Source: Verrucomicrobiota bacterium (GTDB taxonomy: Bacteria; Verrucomicrobiota; Verrucomicrobiia; Limisphaerales; AAA164-E04). From it: 64,000 bases of DNA. The DNA lies in assembly GCA_047947115.1 (NCBI GenBank), contig CP170459.1:992001-1056000 (forward strand), written 5' to 3'. The position numbers and the translations under genes were made by a program. Below are positions 10,405 through 21,071 of this stretch, in pieces. Every line of letters begins with the position of its first letter. Position 1 is the stretch's first letter. The notes under the pieces are model-generated. The model saw only the letters and a program-made list of their open reading frames with translations. It was not told the DNA's origin and made no database searches.

Positions 10405-13400
10405 TCAATTTGATTTCAAGGTCTGTTCAACAGCAGGATTCGTGCGAAATACCGTCTTCAAAGTCAACCCATTTCCCTCGACCCACCTTGTATGGTACTT
10501 GCGATGCAAAGCGTCACTTGGAAAGGCAGGGCGTTCCTGTTGTCCGTAACGCTGATCATCCATACCGTGGAACGGGAGAGGCTCAATCGTGCTCCCTGCG
10601 TTCACATGAAAATCCGAATCCTTGTCCCAACCATCCGCATACAGAAAATACTCACGAATTGTCCCCTCGGGCTTGGAAGGCAGTGATGTGGTTTCGAATC
10701 GCAGGATCAATTCGTCTCCGCTATGCACCAGGAGCAACCCCTCGTCACGCTTTGCAATCAATTCCGATACATCCCCGTAACGCGTGCTCCAGCCGCTGGG
10801 AAGCAGGGTCCAATTAGGATTGGGGAGAACATCGTCGTAGTCCGGTGTTAATGGCGCATCGGGTGGAAGATCCAACAGACGACTATATCCCCGGTAATGC
10901 AGGTCTGTTTCACTGGGTTCAAAATACGTGATCGTGGTTCGAGGTGTGGGTTTCTTTTCCATCAAAGCAATACGATCCCAATGAATCTCAAACGCACTGG
11001 TAAGTTTCAACCATCTGGCTTCCTTCGGAAGTTTGCCCTCCAGATTCACTACGATGGTCTTGGACTTGCCGGCGGGAGCGCCCACAGTGACATGAACGGG
11101 TGCCCAGATGCCCGGAGCGGTTTCTACTTCCAGGGTTGGAAACGGAAATGGAAGCTCCGGATCCAGGGACCCGGCTATGTTGGCCATACCGCCACCAAAG
11201 CGAATCCAGCCATTCGCAACCAATACCAGTGGTTTTGAAGTATCCAGCGGGCCAAAATCCAGAATCCAACTGTGCTGTTGAGCAAGGCCTCGGAGTTGGG
11301 GAGTACGCAGATGAGGAGGCGAAGCACGATGGCCATCCACCGAACGCAACTCTTCGGTTACATCAAGCCCTTCGTGATTCTCAGCCCGTCGCAGCGGGTA
11401 CTCATGATGGAGGGTCATGATGGAACCCAATGGAAAGGGTCCGAAAGGAATCAACTTGTCCGTTGAATGCACCTCGGTATCAGGCTCCCGATCTACCACG
11501 ACCAATTTGGCTTCGTCCAGATACAACACTTCACGTAGTTCTTCGGTGATGCTCAACTGCAGTGATCCGTCCTTGGGCACAAAGGTATGTTCGTCACCGA
11601 TCCAAACCAATTCCTCCGGATCCGCCTCCACATAACGCCCCTCGGCAACCGGCAACCCAAGCGGGGCGGCTCCCAGGAAATCGGTAACAAACCGAAAGGT
11701 CTCGCCATCCCAAGCATAGAGGTAAGGACATGAGCCCTCCTGAATGGTGAGTTCCAGCGCAAGCAAGGGTTCCTGACAGTTGACGGGCACTTCAGCAGAA
11801 CCCTGTGGCCAGTTGAACCAATGCACCAAGAAAGAATCCAATACCTGGTGGTTGCCAACGCCTATTTCCACAGGAAGCTGATGCACGGTACGCGTCAAGC
11901 GCAACCCACCAGTAGCAATCTCAATCTTGCATCCGATCCCGCTGGCATTGGAACGATTGCCCTTCATCGTTACCCTGATCTGACCATTTATATTTCCCCC
12001 ATTGTTCCGCAAATAACGCAAACCGCCTTCGGCAAGGCTCAGGATGGCATCCTGATCACAGTCCCTGTCAAAATCAGCAAAGTGAATTTCCGAAACGGCA
12101 CCAAAAGCATGTGAATCGAGTCCCAAAGTAGTGGTTTGTTCTTCAAATCCTGCGAGACCTCGATTGCGCCAGGCACGGACACGGTCACCAATCGTCCAAA
12201 GATCCAACCAACCATCATTGTCAAAATCCACAGGAACGATTTGTCGAACCAAACCGTTGATCGCCAGGTCGATCTTTCTTTGCTCACCTCCGTTGTAACA
12301 AAGGGTGATGGAACCTTGCCCTAATACGGCGAGATCGGGGCGCAAATCATTATCAAAGTCGCCCATACAAAACACTGAACCTTCGTCCCATCTTTCCGGC
12401 TCTGTGACCATCAGTTTACCGCCCCTTTGTTTTTCATGAAGTATAGGAACGCCCGCAGCGCGACTTGCAATGATGTCCATCACCTGGTCCCGGTTCCAAT
12501 CTTCCATCCACACTTGCTGTACTGGCTGGCCTCCGGACACAAGACCGCTGGCGTCCGTGATATCCGAAAAATTCCAGGGAGAAGACTGGCGCCAGATTTG
12601 TATTCCATGGTCTGTTGCAGACACGGCAACAATGTCCAGTTTCCCGGTGAAATCCAAATCCATCAACAGGCCGGTTTCGGCTTTCAACGCTTCCAATCCA
12701 CTGCTGGAAGTCACGTCGAGAATGAGCCCACCCTGGCCTAGTTGATATAAATGACTCCCTGTGCTCCCCAACACCAAAACATCCTCCACACGATCGTTCT
12801 GAAAATCGCCAATCAATATTTTGCTCGCATTTTCAGCATCTGTTGCAGGTAAAAAATTGGACTCATTTGCTCTGAAAATTCCCTGCTGATTGGACAACAA
12901 CTGAAAACCTTTACCCGGTTCAGTCGCAACCAATCCCGGTCCCATCCAGGCAAAGGGATGTACATCCACCACACCCAGCGGACCTGAAAACCGTGTGGCA
13001 GCATTACCAAGAACTTCATCCGTGGCATCCACAAACTGAACCTGGATGCCCTTGGCATCCGGTTGATCCAAACGGAACGGAATGCGAGCGCGTGTATGTT
13101 TGCAACGTTCAAAAACCGCATCCCCCATCGATGGACCTTCACCGCCGACATTGGCCTGGTGCATCTCCAATTCCTTTTGAGCCTCCTCCTGTTTCCCCAC
13201 CCGGATCAGTGAACGCGCCAGCAGATAATGAGCGCTCGAATGAAGTCGGTTGGGGTCCAGCCGGATGCCTTCGCGAAAAGCAGTGATGGCCTCTTCCCAT
13301 TGTTCCAATTCCATGCGAGCGAGACCGAGTTGAAAAAATGCCGCGGTGACACCCGGATCAATACTCAGCGAATTCGTCAGCGCCTTGACGGCATCCTCGG

Positions 13401-13788
13401 GGCGTTGCAGGCGCAGAAATGCGGAACCTTTGACGAAATAAGCCGCCGCCGACTGAGGTTCAAGTTCCAACGCCAGATCGGCTTCGTGAACAGCGGCATC
13501 CCCTTCCCCGCTCAACAAATGAACATTTGCCAGATTCAAATGCACATCCGGATCATTCGAAACCAAATCTGCCGCTTCACGATAAGCATTCAGGGCATTG
13601 CTTGTATCTCCCTGATCCAAGTAGTTTTTCCCCCTGTTCATCAACTGGAAAAACTTTTCCGGAATAGGATTGGAAGCCGGAGCAGTCGCATCCGAACCAG
13701 TATCGGAACGGTCACCGCACCCCGCCAGGCTACAAGCCAGCAGGATCAAATGTAAAACAAACCAATGGTGCTTAAACAGGCGCGTCAT
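10405..13788 (-). CDS. Lipoprotein with TPR, FG-GAP and ASPIC/UnbV domains
   Basis: Lipobox LAGC after ATG 13788; TPR helices; DFDNDG repeats; SNASGIGCKIE; C-terminal GSCPYLYAWDG domain. Confidence 0.85.
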   Translation of the reverse strand: MTRLFKHHWFVLHLILLACSLAGCGDRSDTGSDATAPASNPIPEKFFQLMNRGKNYLDQGDTSNALNAYREAADLVSNDPDVHLNLANVHLLSGEGDAAVHEADLALELEPQSAAAYFVKGSAFLRLQRPEDAVKALTNSLSIDPGVTAAFFQLGLARMELEQWEEAITAFREGIRLDPNRLHSSAHYLLARSLIRVGKQEEAQKELEMHQANVGGEGPSMGDAVFERCKHTRARIPFRLDQPDAKGIQVQFVDATDEVLGNAATRFSGPLGVVDVHPFAWMGPGLVATEPGKGFQLLSNQQGIFRANESNFLPATDAENASKILIGDFQNDRVEDVLVLGSTGSHLYQLGQGGLILDVTSSSGLEALKAETGLLMDLDFTGKLDIVAVSATDHGIQIWRQSSPWNFSDITDASGLVSGGQPVQQVWMEDWNRDQVMDIIASRAAGVPILHEKQRGGKLMVTEPERWDEGSVFCMGDFDNDLRPDLAVLGQGSITLCYNGGEQRKIDLAINGLVRQIVPVDFDNDGWLDLWTIGDRVRAWRNRGLAGFEEQTTTLGLDSHAFGAVSEIHFADFDRDCDQDAILSLAEGGLRYLRNNGGNINGQIRVTMKGNRSNASGIGCKIEIATGGLRLTRTVHQLPVEIGVGNHQVLDSFLVHWFNWPQGSAEVPVNCQEPLLALELTIQEGSCPYLYAWDGETFRFVTDFLGAAPLGLPVAEGRYVEADPEELVWIGDEHTFVPKDGSLQLSITEELREVLYLDEAKLVVVDREPDTEVHSTDKLIPFGPFPLGSIMTLHHEYPLRRAENHEGLDVTEELRSVDGHRASPPHLRTPQLRGLAQQHSWILDFGPLDTSKPLVLVANGWIRFGGGMANIAGSLDPELPFPFPTLEVETAPGIWAPVHVTVGAPAGKSKTIVVNLEGKLPKEARWLKLTSAFEIHWDRIALMEKKPTPRTTITYFEPSETDLHYRGYSRLLDLPPDAPLTPDYDDVLPNPNWTLLPSGWSTRYGDVSELIAKRDEGLLLVHSGDELILRFETTSLPSKPEGTIREYFLYADGWDKDSDFHVNAGSTIEPLPFHGMDDQRYGQQERPAFPSDALHRKYHTRWVEGNGLTLKTVFRTNPAVEQTLKSN

Positions 13789-13994
13789 ACTCCCAATCAA
13801 AATGGAGGGAGCAAGTTCCACCTTGTCCCACTTCGAACCTAATGCCATCCGAACTTTTGTCACGCTACAATGGAAACGCCACAGGTATTCGAACAATCAA
13901 AGTTTTCCCACGTTCCACATAGGTTGTACAGGAACGCCCTGAGGAAGAAGTATGGGACTGGGTGGAACCAATCCCTCCATGTTTAATAAACACC

Positions 13995-15443
13995 CTACAA
14001 CTCAGGAAATGCAGCCTCCAGATCCAGGTCATCCCCCAGGGACTGCTGTAGAGACAACAGATGGCGGAATAAACGTTTGACGGTTCGTTGTTGCCTGGGG
14101 CGATCAGCGAGATCACTCATCTCCAACGGATCATTCTGCAAATTATAGAGCCGAGCTTTTCCAGCCTTGGGATACAGGATCAACTTACGACCATCCATGG
14201 TAATGGACCGTTGCAATTGTAAATAAGCGCCATAAACCGCGCTGTAAGCGGACGCGGTGGTCGTTCCATTCAACAAAGGCATCAGACTATTGAAATCCAC
14301 ATGATCGGGCTTTTCAACTCCGGCCAATTCCAACGAAGTGGGCATGACATCCTGCAGATAGATAGGAGCATCAATCTTTGCATTCTGCTTGATGCCGGGT
14401 CCCACCGCCATGAACGGCACGCGTGTGCTGTGATCATAAAGATTTTGTTTACCGAACAAACCATGGTGTCCAACCGCCAATCCATGATCTGCGGTGAAAA
14501 AGATGTAGGTGTTGTCCGCCTGACCTGAAGCCTCCAGAGCATCCAGAATACGTCCGATCTGTTCATCCATGTGAGTGATGATCGCGTAATACTCCTGACG
14601 ATGCACCTTCACCGAATGCTCGGTTCGCGGAAACGGTCCCAACTTTTCATCCCTGAGATTGGCGCCGCAACCGATGTCATCTTTGTAAGGGTATTCGGAC
14701 ATGAAATTCTCCGGCACTTTGATGCGGTCCAGCGGATATCGATCCACATATTCCTTGGGAGACTGACGCGGATCATGGGGGGCATTGAATGCCACATACA
14801 TGAAGAACGGTCGCACATCCTTCTTGGCATCCTCGATGTATTCGACACCATCATCCCCCACGATTTCGCTCCAATGTTTGCCGCCCTTCCAGAAACCTTC
14901 GAACTTGGTATCATACGGACTCCATGGATCGGGCTGATCGGGAAGAGGCCGATTGTAACCCTCGGGTGTTTGATTGGGCATCCCGGGACGGACGTGATGT
15001 GCCACATCAAAAGCCTTTTCGGCATCGGCGCGCACGTGCCATTTGCCGGTGAAATACGTTTTGTAACCGGCCGCTTTCATATGCTCCGACCAAAACCGAC
15101 CCGCCTGACGTTCCTCCTCCGCTTTGGCGTAAACCTTGTTGGCGCTCCATACGAATCGCCCGGTATTCAACATACAACGGGAAGCCACACACACCGCGCC
15201 ACTCCATGATCCCATGTTGTAAGCGTGTGTGAAGGTCGTGCCGGAATGCACCAAACGATCAAGGTTGGGTGTTTCGATATCGGTATGCTCCAAAGCCCGA
15301 ATGGTCTCGAAACATTGATCATCTGCAAAAATAAACAGGATGTTCGGTTTATCAGCAGCCTGCAATGAAGCAAAAGTCATCGCTGCGCAAAACCAGGCAG
15401 CCACAACGAATCCTACCTTCCGGAATCTCTCAATTGGGAACAT
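13995..15443 (-). CDS. Formylglycine-dependent sulfatase (S1)
   Basis: KPNILFIFADDQ, CVASR, GKWH, APHDP, ADHG and GKQNLY motifs; signal peptide. Confidence 0.92.
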   Translation of the reverse strand: MFPIERFRKVGFVVAAWFCAAMTFASLQAADKPNILFIFADDQCFETIRALEHTDIETPNLDRLVHSGTTFTHAYNMGSWSGAVCVASRCMLNTGRFVWSANKVYAKAEEERQAGRFWSEHMKAAGYKTYFTGKWHVRADAEKAFDVAHHVRPGMPNQTPEGYNRPLPDQPDPWSPYDTKFEGFWKGGKHWSEIVGDDGVEYIEDAKKDVRPFFMYVAFNAPHDPRQSPKEYVDRYPLDRIKVPENFMSEYPYKDDIGCGANLRDEKLGPFPRTEHSVKVHRQEYYAIITHMDEQIGRILDALEASGQADNTYIFFTADHGLAVGHHGLFGKQNLYDHSTRVPFMAVGPGIKQNAKIDAPIYLQDVMPTSLELAGVEKPDHVDFNSLMPLLNGTTTASAYSAVYGAYLQLQRSITMDGRKLILYPKAGKARLYNLQNDPLEMSDLADRPRQQRTVKRLFRHLLSLQQSLGDDLDLEAAFPEL

Positions 15444-15534
15444 GGAGGGCGTTATAAGGAAACCCAAAGGAATTAGCAAGTATGCGACGGCGCAAATGTG
15501 ATAAAGTCTTCAGGATGTTTCCCCCCCCAATTCG

Positions 15535-15792
15535 TCATCCATAGGCCACTCTACGATGGGCAATGCGAACCACCACAACAGTGATAACTTCGTCGCAATT
15601 GGTATACAGGATTCTATAGTTTCCCTGCCTTACACGATACTTCTCTTGACCAGAGAGTTTCTTGCAACCGGCAGGCCGAGTATCCCTGGCCAAGTCCCTG
15701 ATGCGTTTGATGACTCGAAGCTTATCTTTTGAGGGAAGTCGTTCCAGCTCCTTACCCGCCGTGGGTTTGATTTCAATTTTATAGTTTTCCAT
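15535..15792 (-). CDS. RelE/ParE family toxin
   Basis: 85-aa basic protein with KKLSG-YRVRQGNYRILY...IAHRR; overlaps the upstream antitoxin. Confidence 0.9.
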   Translation of the reverse strand: MENYKIEIKPTAGKELERLPSKDKLRVIKRIRDLARDTRPAGCKKLSGQEKYRVRQGNYRILYTNCDEVITVVVVRIAHRRVAYG

Positions 15793-16000
15793 TTTTCTTC
15801 AACCCTCGAAGAAAGGTCTCGAAATCGATGGACGGCTCAGATTCACGCTCCCGGAAACTTTCCAAATCCTCCAAATCCTCGGCCAACGCATTCTTGACCG
15901 CCTCATTCACAAATTCGGAAAGAGTTGTCGAACTCTCAACCGATCGCAGTTTAAGGGCCTTGTGTAAATCCTCATCGAAATAGACTGTTGCACGCTTCAT
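15779..16000 (-). CDS. CopG/RHH antitoxin
   Basis: MKRATVYFDEDLHKALK...LSEFVNEAV with an acidic C-terminus; ATG at 16000. Confidence 0.88.
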   Translation of the reverse strand: MKRATVYFDEDLHKALKLRSVESSTTLSEFVNEAVKNALAEDLEDLESFRERESEPSIDFETFLRGLKKNGKL

Positions 16001-16042
16001 GGTAGCAAAGTAACAACTAAACGTTAAAACGTCAAAACGTCC
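16001..16042 (-). promoter_or_regulatory. Sigma70-like promoter and 3 x 8-bp direct-repeat operator of the TA operon
   Basis: TTGACG-17-TACTTT-6 nt-ATG on the minus strand; AAACGTTA/AAACGTCA/AAACGTCC at 16019-16042. Confidence 0.65.
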
Positions 16043-16089
16043 CTTGAGAAAAGTTGATGACAAACACTCATCATTTATGGACCCATATG

Positions 16090-16125
16090 AAAAAAGAGCC
16101 GCCGAGTGGTTCAACTCGACGGCTC
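16090..16125 (-). terminator. Rho-independent terminator, probably the original pckG terminator
   Basis: Minus strand GAGCCGTCGAG, 8-nt loop, CTCGGCGGCTC, then TTTTTT. Confidence 0.75.
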
Positions 16126-16231
16126 ACTGGTTCTCGTTCATTTGCAGTGTCCGTTAACAGCCCGTTAAAAAAGTCACAATTCTTCACGAAAAGATTCGTG
16201 ATTGATCACATGATCAAGTAAAGTATTTGCC

Positions 16232-17656
16232 ATGGCACTTGGCAAACGGAAAACGAAACAGCAAGAACTGTTCATTGCCTCCAATCAGATTCCCAAAACG
16301 CCGGCTCACCCGTTTTATTCCAAACTCAATCAGGTTTTTGATGAGTGCGGATTTGATGCTTATGTCGAAGAGTTGTGCGCCCCGTTTTACAAGAATTTTG
16401 GTAGGCCAGGCATTGCGCCCGGTATTTATTTCCGGATGATTTTCATCGGATACTTTGAAGGGCTCAACAGTCAACGTGGTATCGCATGGAGATGTCATGA
16501 TAGCCTTTGCCTGCGTGAATTTCTCGGCATCAGTTTGACAGAGAAAACTCCTGTTCACGCATCGATGACAATTATCCGTCAACGCTTGTCCGATGAAGTG
16601 TTTCACAAGGTTTTCCTTTTTGTCCTTGAACAACTCAAAGAGAAAAAGCTTTTGAAGGGAAAAACTCTTGGTGTTGATGCCACTACCCTGGAAGCCAATG
16701 CAGCCATGCGTAGCATCGTGCGCAAAGGGACGGGTGAGGATTGGAAAGAATACCTTCGTGAACTGGCCAAAGAAGAAGGCATTGAAAATCCGAGTGATGA
16801 AGACATTCAGCGCATCGACCGAGGGCGCAAGGGGAAGAAAGTTTCCAACAAAGAATGGCAAAGCAAGTCAGATCCGGACAGCCGCATTACCAAGATGAAA
16901 GATGGGCGCACACATCTTGCATATAAGGCTGAACATTCGGTGGACTTGGAAACCGAGGCAATTGTTTCTTGTCATGTCACACATGCAGATCAAGGCGATA
17001 CAACCACGGGGCCTGAGAGCCTCATCTTGGCTGAAGCCAATCTACAATTAATCGAATCAGAAAGGACCGTTGAAGAGGCGGTGATGGACAAGGGATATCA
17101 CAGCAACGCATTGTTGGAACGGCTCACGCAGTGGGGTATCCGCACATACATACCAGAGAAGAAGCAAAAGAAGCGTAAGTGGGTGGACAAGCCGGAAAGC
17201 TACGAACACGCATTCCGTGGTAATCGACGAAGAGTTCGGAGTGTCAAGGGTAAGCGACTGAGTCGAAAACGAAGCGAACTTGTGGAGCGAACATTTGCTC
17301 ATGTGTGCGAAACAGGAGCTGGACGTCGAACCTGGCTCCAGGGAATGGAAAATGTCACCAAGATTCACACACTGAAGTGCGCAGCATTCAACCTCGGATT
17401 GCTGATGCGGAAAATCTTTGGCCTCGCCAAGCCAAGAAACTGGGAAGCGAGCCTCGCTACCGCTTTGACGGCTGCTTTTGTCATAATTTTTGGCGAATGG
17501 ATGACTCAGGGGGCGATAAATATGGCTCCCGCCGTCCTTTTACTGATTTCCACCATTTTATTATGGTTCTTCGACAATTCCAGTGGAATTAAATTAAGCC
17601 GGGATTCTGAGTTTGCCGGCTACAAAGTAAAGCATAGTGATCATGTATACGGATGA
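16232..17656 (+). CDS. IS1182-family DDE transposase with its C-terminal tail replaced by ISL3 sequence
   Basis: DUF772-like GRPGIAP...SQRGIAW; VDAT, DPDSR, DKGY and VERTFAH motifs; identical to copy 2 up to ...ISTILL. Confidence 0.9.
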   Translation: MALGKRKTKQQELFIASNQIPKTPAHPFYSKLNQVFDECGFDAYVEELCAPFYKNFGRPGIAPGIYFRMIFIGYFEGLNSQRGIAWRCHDSLCLREFLGISLTEKTPVHASMTIIRQRLSDEVFHKVFLFVLEQLKEKKLLKGKTLGVDATTLEANAAMRSIVRKGTGEDWKEYLRELAKEEGIENPSDEDIQRIDRGRKGKKVSNKEWQSKSDPDSRITKMKDGRTHLAYKAEHSVDLETEAIVSCHVTHADQGDTTTGPESLILAEANLQLIESERTVEEAVMDKGYHSNALLERLTQWGIRTYIPEKKQKKRKWVDKPESYEHAFRGNRRRVRSVKGKRLSRKRSELVERTFAHVCETGAGRRTWLQGMENVTKIHTLKCAAFNLGLLMRKIFGLAKPRNWEASLATALTAAFVIIFGEWMTQGAINMAPAVLLLISTILLWFFDNSSGIKLSRDSEFAGYKVKHSDHVYG

Positions 17657-18912
17657 GCGAAAACCTCTGGCCTTCCGCTTGACCGCGCTGAAAACGCTAT
17701 TCAATCCTTCCATGAACGCTGTGGTCAGTTTCTTTTTCCAATGAGCAAGTATACCTTCCAAGTGACGTTCAATACTGTTTGCCACCTTGATCATTGGTTC
17801 CAACAAGTCCCCTGAATTTTTCGCCCTTCGTTTTACCCATCCTATCCATTTGACCATGTTTTTTCGCGCTGTAACCTCATTGCGACTGCGATAGACTTGT
17901 TGGAAATTTAATCGCATCTGGTAGGCGATTCCGGTTACTAAATTCTTCAAATCCAATTCCTCTAGCTGCTGGGTTTGACTCTTGGTTAGATTGGAGGGAT
18001 TTTTACGAAATATCCAACGACTTGCTTTGAGCTCCTTTTTGGAATCCTTGTCTCCTTGATTTGCTTCGGCTTTGCGCACTTTATCGACTGCGTCATTGAC
18101 CATGGCCACAGCATGATACTTGTCGAATACAATCTCTGCGTTGCCTAGATTCTCCCTTACTCCCTTTTGATAGGCCGGACTCATATCGATGGCAACTTGA
18201 GTGATCGCTTTTGGATGTCCGTTGTGCGCATATAACGCATCTGCAAAGCGTTGGAATGTTTCAGCGTCTTTGCCCTCGGTGGCAAAAATGACTCTCTTCT
18301 CCATCAAATCAGCAAACACCGTCAGGTAATCATGCCCTTTGCGTGCAGACAATTCGTCCGCACCGATCCAAACCACTTCACTCATATCCAACTTTGAATA
18401 AGCTTCGTCGACATGGGCAAAAAGAATGCGCCACATGCGTTGATCACACTCTCCAATCAGTCCTGATGCTTTACTAACTGGCATCTCCCTCATCAACGCC
18501 AATGCAAATCCTTCAAAAGCTTGAGTAAAATGTTTTCCCTTACCCTCCCAGGGGACTTTAACCCGATAGGTTCGGTGACAAGATGGGCATTTGCCGCGAG
18601 GCACATTGCAGAGAATTTCAGATCGTTTTCCAAATACATCCATATGTCGCCAAGACCTTGTTTCGGTGTGATCGTAACAGGTAATCCCAGACGATTTGCA
18701 GGTCGGATGGGGACAAACTTGTTTCTCCCAGAGTTTGTCAGTTTCAGTAATGACCATGAAAAACTTTTCCGTCTCTGAATCGTAGTCAACGCCTCGAACT
18801 TCCCAACACTCATCTAGCCCCAGCAATCCATGTATGGTCTTCTCAATATTCATGGAGCCATCATCTCACGATAGTTCCAAATGCTCAATTCCACTGTTTT
18901 TGTCGAAGAACC
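17565..18912 (-). mobile_element. ISL3-family element
   Basis: 26-bp IRs GGTTCTTCGACA-nnnn-CAGTGGAATT (3 mismatches); 8-bp duplication TTTATTAT (17557-64, 18913-20). Confidence 0.95.
17594..18853 (-). CDS. ISL3 transposase
   Basis: Zn-finger CP..C, IGADE, AIDMSPAY, FDKYH and TAFMEGLNS...KRKARGFR motifs. Confidence 0.95.
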   Translation of the reverse strand: MNIEKTIHGLLGLDECWEVRGVDYDSETEKFFMVITETDKLWEKQVCPHPTCKSSGITCYDHTETRSWRHMDVFGKRSEILCNVPRGKCPSCHRTYRVKVPWEGKGKHFTQAFEGFALALMREMPVSKASGLIGECDQRMWRILFAHVDEAYSKLDMSEVVWIGADELSARKGHDYLTVFADLMEKRVIFATEGKDAETFQRFADALYAHNGHPKAITQVAIDMSPAYQKGVRENLGNAEIVFDKYHAVAMVNDAVDKVRKAEANQGDKDSKKELKASRWIFRKNPSNLTKSQTQQLEELDLKNLVTGIAYQMRLNFQQVYRSRNEVTARKNMVKWIGWVKRRAKNSGDLLEPMIKVANSIERHLEGILAHWKKKLTTAFMEGLNSVFSAVKRKARGFRSSVYMITMLYFVAGKLRIPA

Positions 18913-19011
18913 TTTATTATGCAGCTTGATGAAATCGAAGCCGGACGAGATTCGGATCATTCGGTTTTTCGAAATTGGCACTTATTAAACGGGCTGTTAA
19001 CGTTTCAAAAA

Positions 19012-20778
19012 TCAAAGCCTCGATACCAATAATTCGCGCTGGAAGATCATTTCTTTGGGTAAATGGGCATATAACTTCATGAATAACTCGTCCTGTGAAA
19101 TGACTTCATTACGCCACTTCTCGGTATCGATGTATTGAAGTTTGTGGAAAACTTCCTGATTGAATCCTTCCATACCTTCCAAGTCGAACGTCCCTTCGTC
19201 CGGTACCCAACCGAGTGTTGTTTCTTCGGCATTGGCCCGCCCACGACAACGATCGACCATCCATTTAAGCACTCGCATGTTCTCCCCAAAACCAGGCCAC
19301 AGAAAATTGCCATCCTCATCTTTCAGGAACCAGTTGACGTGAAATATGCGGGGCGGTTTCTTGATGAGATGGCGCATTTCCAGCCAGTGGGCAAAATAGT
19401 CACCCATATTGTAACCGCAAAACAGCAGCATGGCCATCGGATCCCGACGCACCTGACCCGCACCTCCCACCGCAGCGGCCGTCATTTCCGATCCCATCGT
19501 GGCTCCGACATATACACCATGAATCCAGTTGAAAGCCTGGAAAACGAGCGGCATGGTGGTAGCGCGTCGTCCCTCAAAAATGATCGCGCTGATGGGCACT
19601 CCCTGTGGATCGTCCACTTCCTCGGCCAACATGGGATTGTTCTTCATCGGCGCGGCAAACCGACTGTTGGGATGCGCCGCTTTGGTCCCGGAATCAGGGG
19701 TCCAGGGATTGCCCTGCCAATCGGTGGCTTGTTCCGGAACAGGACCATCCTTGCCTTCCCACTAGCTATCACCATCAGGCAGGAGCGCCACATTGGTGAA
19801 CAAGGTGTCACGGGCAATGGTTTTCATCGCGTTGGGATTGGAAACGTTGTTTGTTCCAGGCACGACGCCGAAGTAACCGGTTTCCGGATTGATGGCATAC
19901 AAACGTCCGTCGGGACCCGGTTTCATCCAGGCAATGTCGTCTCCAACAGTCCAGACTTTCCACCCGTTGTATCGCTCGGGAGGAATCATCATGACAAAAT
20001 TGGTCTTGCCACAGGCGCTCGGGAAGGCGGCCGCCACATAAGTCTTTTCACCCTCCGGCGATTCCACCCCCAAAATCAACATGTGTTCGGCCATCCAACC
20101 CTCTTTCCGACCAAGATACGATGCGATGCGCAGCGCCAGACATTTTTTACCCAACAACACATTGCCACCGTAATTGGATCCAAGAGAAATGATGGCGTTG
20201 TCCTGAGGAAAGTGGGCGATGTAACAGCGATCCGGGTTGGTATCCAGCATGCTGTGCAAACCACGATTGAATTCCTTGCTGTCATCGCCCAGATGTTCAC
20301 ACGCCACCTTGCCCATGCGGGTCATGATCCCCATGCTCAAAGTGACATAGATCGAATCCATCACCTCTACACCGACTTTGGACAACGGTGAACCGGCTGG
20401 TCCCATGAGATAGGGAATCACATACATGGTTCGCCCTTTCATGCATCCCCGGGCCATGCCATAAAGTTTCTCGTACATGTCCTCGGGTTTCATCCAATTG
20501 TTGGTTGGACCCGCTTCGTCCTTCGTTTCGGTGCAGATAAAGGTACACTGCTCAACACGGGCAACATCATTGGGATTGAAACGATGGTAATAACAACCCG
20601 GCCATTTCTCCTGATTGAGCTTTTGAATAATGCCTTCGGATTCGGCTTGAGCTGTCAGTTGGGCACGTTCTTCTTCTGATCCATCGCACCAATAAATGGT
20701 GTCAGGTTGGCAAAGGTCCGCCATCTCCTGTACCCAGTCGATGATGTGTTGGTTTTTGGTGGTGGGATTTTCTGGCAT
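19012..20778 (-). pseudogene. pckG: GTP-dependent phosphoenolpyruvate carboxykinase with an in-frame amber stop
   Basis: [41 protein letters not shown] and AHPNSRF motifs; GAT AGC TAG TGG GAA GGC with TAG at 19762-19764 where WWEG is expected; both halves are in the same frame. Confidence 0.93.
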
Positions 20779-21071
20779 GATATGTTCCTTCAACGATCTC
20801 GTTCGGGATAACTAGACCATGAACGCCATGCCCCAGCTCACCGTAAATTGCACGAACAATATCAAGAATTGGTTTCATTCCCCTCCCTGCCGGTAAACCT
20901 GACCCGGCAAACGTTTCACCAGGCACATCAATCCCATCGCCAAAAGCCAACCATACGCTGTGGAACTGAGACTTTTGGAAATCTGAACTAGCCACCCCAC
21001 TCCGAGATCAGGGTTTCACCAAATTCAGGACTTGGTATGGAGGGGGCATTTTATTTGAAGGAACAACCAAG

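Larger units (their letters stand above)
16158..18996 (+). mobile_element. IS1182-family element, copy 1, containing a nested ISL3
   Basis: Imperfect terminal IRs CAGCCCGTTAAAAAAGT / CAGCCCGTTTAATAAGT; 4-bp TTAA duplication (16154-57, 18997-19000); 2839 bp = 1483 + 1348 + 8. Confidence 0.93.

Noticed and set aside
16096..16125. tRNA-like GGTTCAA loop
   Set aside because: There is no cloverleaf; it is a single hairpin with a T-tract and fits a terminator.
19762..19764. Pyrrolysine or amber recoding in pckG
   Set aside because: The TAG replaces a Trp codon by one base, other conserved sites are also damaged, TAG is a normal stop elsewhere (uvrA, uppP), and no pyl genes are seen.
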